A stretch of 64,000 bases of DNA from the IMG/VR virus record IMGVR_UViG_3300026078_000018. One strand, 5' to 3'. The notes below the pieces were generated by a model that was given only the letters and a program-made list of their open reading frames with translations, was not told the origin of the DNA and made no database searches. Position numbers and translations under genes: made by a program. This DNA is from a virus. Positions within the stretch are counted from its first letter, which is position 1. Each line of letters opens with the position of its first letter. Shown piece after piece: positions 58,386 to 64,000 of the stretch.

Positions 58386-59059
58386 CCGCCACCGCCCCCA
58401 TCGAGTTCTACGACGCCCCCTCCGCCACGGAGGAGCCCGTCGCGAGCCCGTCCACCCCCTCGGCGTTGTCGGAGGCCGTGGCCGAGCTGGACGAGGCCCT
58501 GGAGGGCCTCGACGAGCCGGAGCTGCCCGTCGAGCGGGAACGCACTCTGCGCGCGCCGGGCTTCACCCGCATGCCGGTCAGCTGGCACGGCGATCACGCC
58601 CCCATGATCAGGACGATCAACGTCATGGCCGAGGAGTGGGTCCGCCAGGAGTTCGACGACTTGTTCGCGCTGAAGGAGGAGATCGAGCGCGCTGCCTGCC
58701 CGATCGATCTGTCCACCGGCGAGAAGGGACGCCCGGACTACGCCGCCATCCCCGAGACCCGTAAGCAGCACTGGGTGCTGGAGCTGTCGATCAAGTTGGT
58801 TGACTGGGAGCAGAAAGCCGCAGCGTTGTGGGGCGAGGCGATGATGGCAAAGGTCATCCGCCAGGAAGTCTTCACCGACGCCTATCTGAACGCGGTGAAA
58901 GGCCGCACCGTGGAGGACCGCACCCAGTCCGGACAGAATGCGTCGCTGCAGGACTACTACTTCGCGGTGTTGTGCGCGCTGCGGCACAAGCATGCTGTGG
59001 CCGCGTGCTCCGGCGCTGAGCGGCTGTGTCAGCGCCTGAAGGACTTCTGCGCACGCTGA
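58382..59059 (+). CDS. hypothetical helical protein
   Basis: GGAGG RBS; G.TVEDR motif. Confidence 0.75.
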   Translation: MTATAPIEFYDAPSATEEPVASPSTPSALSEAVAELDEALEGLDEPELPVERERTLRAPGFTRMPVSWHGDHAPMIRTINVMAEEWVRQEFDDLFALKEEIERAACPIDLSTGEKGRPDYAAIPETRKQHWVLELSIKLVDWEQKAAALWGEAMMAKVIRQEVFTDAYLNAVKGRTVEDRTQSGQNASLQDYYFAVLCALRHKHAVAACSGAERLCQRLKDFCAR

Positions 59060-59328
59060 TTCATTCAGGTATATGTCAGGGCCATTATTAATAATCCCAT
59101 CTTCACGGGTTCGCAGTGTTCTGTAATCAGTTTGGTGGGAACAGGCGATCGAACTAGGAAGATCCGGGGATGTTCATTTGATCACGCCATAACGCCGTTC
59201 CTATCCTGCGGACACAGGCGCCCCGATCACCTCGGGAATCTTCTCCTTTTCCTTCCGCGGGATCGGGTGTTGTTCACAACCCGGGGTGGTCGGGGCGCCG
59301 CCCACCACCGCGCACCCCGGGACGACAC

Positions 59329-59763
59329 ATGGCCACATCTCCTGACGCGCTGCCCACCGTCGGCGTGCTCCGCGAGCTCTTCCGCAACCTGCAGCCCTGG
59401 CGCTCCGCCGCCATCGAATACGGCATCGATTCCCTCACCGGCCCCGACGGCACCGAATACGCCCTCGTCGACATCGAAGCCCTCTACGCGCTGCGCCACC
59501 TGCTGTCTATGCGCCAGCGCCAGGCCATCGAGGCCTGCCTGGTCGCCGACCAGCGCGAGGTCGACGTCGCCATCGCCATGAGCGTCTCACCCACCAACCC
59601 CGTCGCGTCCTACGCCACCCAGGGCATGCGCCGCCTGCTGGCCATGGCCGCGGAACAGCGCGCCGGACGTGATTCCCGCAGCCTCGGCCCCGAACCGCTG
59701 CCGTCCCGGCGTGAGGCCGAAGCCATGGCCGCCTGGAGCAGCCCGGAAGCGATCGCCGCATGA
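59329..59763 (+). CDS. sigma-70 region-4-like HTH protein
   Basis: LSMRQRQAI.......REVDVA.AM.VS....V..YA..G..RL. Confidence 0.7.
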   Translation: MATSPDALPTVGVLRELFRNLQPWRSAAIEYGIDSLTGPDGTEYALVDIEALYALRHLLSMRQRQAIEACLVADQREVDVAIAMSVSPTNPVASYATQGMRRLLAMAAEQRAGRDSRSLGPEPLPSRREAEAMAAWSSPEAIAA

Positions 59764-60137
59764 GCCGCGTCTGGTCCGGCGTCCATCCCCAGCTGGAGGA
59801 CTACGCCGACGAACTCCTGCGACAGAGCTTCGTCGGCGTCACCCGCGCCGAGGAGCGCGGTGGCGTCCTGACTGCCTACATGCTCGCCTCCCGGCGCGCC
59901 CGCGAGGTCTACCCCGCCTCCGGCACCCCGGACCCGGCCATGAGGCAGGGTCTGTTCCATCGCGCCTACAACCCCGGCCGTCCCGACCTCAACTCCCGCG
60001 ACGGCATCGCCGCCGCGGCCCCTGGACGTCTCGGCCGGGGCCTGCAACTGCAGACCGGCGGCACCTCCGCTCCCGTCGACCGGGTGACCCGCGCAGCCGC
60101 CCGCTCTGACAACGAACCCGAACTGCAGCCGTGGTGA
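59760..60137 (+). CDS. hypothetical protein
   Basis: ATGA coupling. Confidence 0.65.
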   Translation: MSRVWSGVHPQLEDYADELLRQSFVGVTRAEERGGVLTAYMLASRRAREVYPASGTPDPAMRQGLFHRAYNPGRPDLNSRDGIAAAAPGRLGRGLQLQTGGTSAPVDRVTRAAARSDNEPELQPW

Positions 60138-60772
60138 CCGGACCGGCGGACACCGATGACCAGCCGCGCGCCATGGCCGAAGTCAAAATCGGCGGCAGGG
60201 TCTACCCCGTCGTGTCCCGCCCCAACTGCCGCACCTGCCAACACCCCGACCGCCTGCACATCGAACACCAGATCATGTCCGGCATCTCCTACACCGCAGT
60301 CGCCGACTGGGCCGCGGACCAGGAAAACGGACACCTGCCACCTCCCGGGCCGGACTCCTTGGCCACCCACGCCAAAACCCACATGGGCATCCCCGGCCGG
60401 GTGCAGCGCGCCATCATCGACCGCCGCGCTGAGGACCTTGTCCTCGACGCTGACGACACCATGGCCGCCGACTATGTCACCCTCGCCCGGCTCCTGATCA
60501 AAACCGGCCTCGAAGGCCTCGCCGACGGCACCCTCAAACCCCAGCTGTCCGACATCCTCGCCGCCGCCAAATTCCTCGCCGAACACGACAGCACCGACGA
60601 CGACCAGGACATCAACGCCTGGCGCGAAACCCTCATGACCTATATGGAGGTCGCGCGCCGCTATATCCCCGACACCGCGTGGCCTGCTTTCGCCGCCGAA
60701 CTGTCTGGCCATCCCAACCTGCGCAAAACCACCCCCGCCCTACCACCCGGCACAGAACGGAACCAGCCATGA
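60134..60772 (+). CDS. putative small terminase-like protein
   Basis: CRTCQHP.R..IE...H...H; upstream of terL. Confidence 0.55.
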   Translation: MTGPADTDDQPRAMAEVKIGGRVYPVVSRPNCRTCQHPDRLHIEHQIMSGISYTAVADWAADQENGHLPPPGPDSLATHAKTHMGIPGRVQRAIIDRRAEDLVLDADDTMAADYVTLARLLIKTGLEGLADGTLKPQLSDILAAAKFLAEHDSTDDDQDINAWRETLMTYMEVARRYIPDTAWPAFAAELSGHPNLRKTTPALPPGTERNQP

Positions 60773-61173
60773 TCGACCTCTACGACTCCGAAGTCATCAA
60801 GATCGAACAGGTGCTGGACACGCTCAAGGCACGCGCCATCAACCGCCGCAACTACGAAGACTTCGACCGCGAAATCAAAGAGAAGCTCGCCGAGGCAGGA
60901 TTCGTCGCCACCGTCCACTGGTTCACCGCCGCGGGCCCCGACAAGGTCCAGATCCCCGACATGCTCATGCCCGAGATCACCATCGACGGCCGCATCGCCC
61001 CCGATGGCGCAGTCCTGGCCGCCGACCAGTTCGAGTTCGACCACAACCAGCAAGTCCACGAGGTCACCCACAACCTGCTGGAACTCCCCGGCGAAGACGG
61101 CGTCATCAAAACCGGCCCCATCGACGCCGCCCACCGCGACATCCTCGACGCCCACAAGCACCACAAGCACTGA
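60769..61173 (+). CDS. hypothetical protein
   Basis: MIDLYDSE...; ATGA coupling. Confidence 0.75.
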   Translation: MIDLYDSEVIKIEQVLDTLKARAINRRNYEDFDREIKEKLAEAGFVATVHWFTAAGPDKVQIPDMLMPEITIDGRIAPDGAVLAADQFEFDHNQQVHEVTHNLLELPGEDGVIKTGPIDAAHRDILDAHKHHKH

Positions 61174-61183
61174 AGACCCAGCC

Positions 61184-63277
61184 ATGGCGCGCGCCGGGAT
61201 GCTGGACGGCTTCGGCCCGCGCCAGATCCATACCCTCTACACCGGGCTGCCGATCCCGGACCCCGTGACGTTCTGCGTCAGCCCCGACTACCTCAACCGC
61301 CCCAACCTCTATCCGAGGCAGGCCACACTCCTAAAGATCATCTTCCTGCGGGATGACCTATTCACCGATTACGACCACGCCGTCATCGACGAATGGGAAG
61401 CCGCCTACGCCGAGAGCGGCGAGGAAGGCATCTGCCCCCAGATCCGCGAACGCATCCGCCTGCTCAAAGCACTCGGCGCGCGCTGGTTCAAGGAGGTGCT
61501 GCTGGTCCTGGGCCGCCGCGCCGGGAAGGGCCACATCTCGGCGATCGCGATGGCGTATGTGCTGTGGCACTACATGGCCAAGGGCGACCCGCAGGAGCAC
61601 TACGGCGTCGACCGCGACAAGAAGCTCGCCTGCATGATCTTCGCCGGGAAGCGCGACCAGGCCAAGACCAACCTGTGGGGCGACCTGGCCAACGTGATCA
61701 CCGGTAGCGAGTGCTACACCCCCTACATCAACTCCGACCAGGCCGAGAAGCTCTCCGTCTACGTGCCGCACGACTTCGTCCGGCTGGCCGAGCTGCGCCG
61801 CAAGGGCCTTAACCCGGGCCGCGACCTGGCGACCCTGGAGATCCTGCCGAAGGAAAGCACCATGATGGCCGGTCGCGGACCTGCGTCTTGCGTGCTGGCC
61901 TTCGACGAGATGGCCCACGTCGTCGCGGCTGGAAGCAACCGGAGCGCCGAAGAGGTCTATACCGCATCTACTCCATCTCTGGACCAATTCGGACAAGACG
62001 CCTTTATTGTCGAGCCAAGCTCGCCGTATCAGATGACTGGTCAGTTCTATGCCAACTACCAGGCCTCTATCGCCATCGACGAAGAGACGGGCGTCCCGGA
62101 ACGCCCCAACATGCTGATGCTGCAGCTGCCCAGCTGGGCCATCTACGTCGACTGGGAGCGCGCCGTCGACATCCCGCTGTTCCCCGAAGGCTTCACCGGC
62201 GACCTGGATGAGTACCTCCACACCCCGCCACCCGGCTTCAAGCGGCTCAAGGGCGCCATCCAGACCTACGACCGCGAGATGGAGCTGCTGGAAAGGGCCA
62301 ACCCGGAAAGCTTCGCCGTCGAGCGCCGCTCCCACTTCGCCACCGTCGTCGATGCCTACCTGCGCAAAGACCGGGTCGACGCCATGTTCACCCCCTGGTA
62401 CGGGCGCCCGGCCATGTACGGGACGCCGCAGCTGGAGATGCAGACCTCCGGCCCGCTGGCCATCATCTACCGCGGCCATGCCGACCCGAGCAAGAGCAAC
62501 TGCAACTTCGCCGTCGCCGTCGGCCACTCCGAGCGGGTTCCGAAGACCCACCACACCGCAGTGGAACTCGCCATCATCGAAGCCGCCATGAACATGGGCG
62601 CCGCCCCGCCGGACACCGTCCTCTACGACAACCACGTGGTATTCGACCTGATTAAGCATTGGGAACCGGGTGACTTCGAAAACCACATCGTCGACTACGA
62701 CGAGATCGCCGAATACATCCTTGACAACATCCTGCTCGCTTTCCACCCCACCGAATTCACGTTCGACCAGTTCAACTCGGCACAGACCATCCAGCAGCTC
62801 AACAAGGGACTGCGCCAGCACCGGCTGCCGAAGAACATTGCCGTCTACGAGAAAACCGCCACCGCCCCGCACAACTGGAAGCGCTACGAGACGTTCAAGA
62901 CAGCCTTGAACCTGGGCCGCCTGCACGCCCCCGAATACGAGCTCGCCCAACTGGAACTGCAGTTCCTGCAAAAGCCCCCCAACATCGACAAAGTCGTGTG
63001 CCCGGACATCGGACCGGTCCAGACCAAAGACATCGCCGACGCCATGTCTGAGGTCGTCTATGGCCTCATCGGCGACGAGATCACCATGCTGCGCGAACAG
63101 CTCGGCCGCACCCGCTTGTCCGGCGCCATGCAAGGAGGTACGCGCCCCGTCCCCCAAACCCCCAACCAGAGCGCCCTCACCGAAGATGACCCCCGACACG
63201 CCCTGTCAGCCGCCGGACGCCGCGGACGCTCACCCATGGGCGACATGGGAGGCTTCGCACGCCCCCGCCGCCGCTGA
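61184..63277 (+). CDS. terL: terminase large subunit
   Basis: LGRRAGK Walker A, LAFDEMAH Walker B, SS.Y...GQFY, HADP, FDQFN, KDIADA. Confidence 0.9.
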   Translation: MARAGMLDGFGPRQIHTLYTGLPIPDPVTFCVSPDYLNRPNLYPRQATLLKIIFLRDDLFTDYDHAVIDEWEAAYAESGEEGICPQIRERIRLLKALGARWFKEVLLVLGRRAGKGHISAIAMAYVLWHYMAKGDPQEHYGVDRDKKLACMIFAGKRDQAKTNLWGDLANVITGSECYTPYINSDQAEKLSVYVPHDFVRLAELRRKGLNPGRDLATLEILPKESTMMAGRGPASCVLAFDEMAHVVAAGSNRSAEEVYTASTPSLDQFGQDAFIVEPSSPYQMTGQFYANYQASIAIDEETGVPERPNMLMLQLPSWAIYVDWERAVDIPLFPEGFTGDLDEYLHTPPPGFKRLKGAIQTYDREMELLERANPESFAVERRSHFATVVDAYLRKDRVDAMFTPWYGRPAMYGTPQLEMQTSGPLAIIYRGHADPSKSNCNFAVAVGHSERVPKTHHTAVELAIIEAAMNMGAAPPDTVLYDNHVVFDLIKHWEPGDFENHIVDYDEIAEYILDNILLAFHPTEFTFDQFNSAQTIQQLNKGLRQHRLPKNIAVYEKTATAPHNWKRYETFKTALNLGRLHAPEYELAQLELQFLQKPPNIDKVVCPDIGPVQTKDIADAMSEVVYGLIGDEITMLREQLGRTRLSGAMQGGTRPVPQTPNQSALTEDDPRHALSAAGRRGRSPMGDMGGFARPRRR

Positions 63278-63484
63278 AGCAGGCGTTGCCCACAAGCGAA
63301 GCTCTTTGAGACCATCGGAGCGGCCTCGCCGCGGCACGGTGGTCCTGGCGGGACACCGGCTTCTTCGGCGAGGCCACCACCCATTCCGCAGCCGCGCGCA
63401 ACGGCGATCATCGCGCTACGCTTGCCAAACCCGGAAAGTACACCAGCCATAGCATCGGACACCTACACGACGGCGAGGAACTGC

Positions 63485-63904
63485 ATGCCCCGAAAGGCAG
63501 TCCCTTCGAGCACGAAATGCGTCACCTGCCACCACCCTCGCAGCTTCCACCCCGGCGGTGGCCGATGCCTGGCTGCACAGTGCTCCGCAGAGTGTAAGAA
63601 GTTCAAGATGCCGTCGCCTGCGGCGGCCACGACGATGCCCGTCGCGCCGGATCCCCGTGAACTGATCGCAGCACTGGATGTCCTGACCACCGTCGTACAG
63701 CGCGCGCCCAAGACCTACCGTGCCAAGGCTGCGATCAACCTGGAATGGTTCATCAACTCCTTCCCCACCCTGCGTAGAGCCGCCGGATCCTCAGACCGGC
63801 CCCTACGTCAAATTCTCGCCGACTGTCGCCAACCGCCCGCCGCGCCCCAAGACGCGGAGGTGGCCCCCGACGATGCCAGCAGAGAAGACACACCAGGACC
63901 ATGA
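63485..63904 (+). CDS. hypothetical protein with C..C.H...H..C..C..C
   Basis: GAGGA RBS; Cys/His cluster. Confidence 0.6.
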   Translation: MPRKAVPSSTKCVTCHHPRSFHPGGGRCLAAQCSAECKKFKMPSPAAATTMPVAPDPRELIAALDVLTTVVQRAPKTYRAKAAINLEWFINSFPTLRRAAGSSDRPLRQILADCRQPPAAPQDAEVAPDDASREDTPGP

Positions 63905-64000
63905 CGGCCTGCTGTACCAGTTCGCCAGCGCACCGCCGCTGAGCATCACCGCCGCATTCGGCAGCGACGACCAGGACGACGAGTACCACAACTGGGCCCT

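Larger units (their letters stand above)
1..64000. mobile_element. Segment of a large contractile-tailed actinophage, probably a plasmid-prophage
   Basis: Terminase, tail sheath, tube, tape measure, baseplate J/gp25, own DnaE/DnaB/primase/RuvC and a ParA module. No host housekeeping genes; no integrase seen. Confidence 0.9.

Noticed and set aside
59060-59328. Possible tRNA or ncRNA in the intergenic gap
   Set aside because: No cloverleaf or T-loop arm found; more likely a promoter region.
53374-63277. Inteins or introns in DnaE or terminase
   Set aside because: Lengths are ordinary and no splice-junction or homing-endonuclease motifs were seen.

Overview
High-GC actinobacterial sequence (Streptomyces/Catenulispora-like, by inference) that reads as about 64 kb of a large contractile-tailed phage, with organisation reminiscent of Bxz1/E3-type actinophages. 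It probably persists as a plasmid-prophage: there is a ParA plus RHH partner, repeated parS-like boxes and a Rep-like HTH gene, and no integrase in the window. Layout: 1-8.9 kb accessory/regulatory genes (LuxR-HTH operon, a sigma-BldN homologue, HAD, lipoprotein, XRE/DUF397 pair); 9-36.8 kb neck, tail and baseplate genes (sheath, tube, frameshifting chaperone, tape measure, NlpC/P60 hub, gp25, baseplate J); 37-47 kb helicases, Rep and partition; 47.5-59 kb replisome (DnaC, DnaB, primase, J-domain, SSB, DnaE, exonuclease, RuvC); 59-64 kb sigma-like HTH and terminase. Portal and major capsid genes are not visible. Most notable observations: (1) three His-rich ParB-like/Arr-type ADP-ribosyltransferase genes among the neck genes that share an 8-aa leader M(S/T)xLW(V/I)(E/Q)A, a candidate capsid-targeting signal for injected effectors; (2) two tandem, covarying structured non-coding units in the baseplate region; (3) a phage-borne developmental sigma factor resembling BldN; (4) three distinct cis-element families (21-bp operator-promoters, CCTGT-N21-23-AAG late promoters, 13-bp-phased GGTATATACC boxes). 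All family assignments come from motif recognition by eye; no database searches were run.
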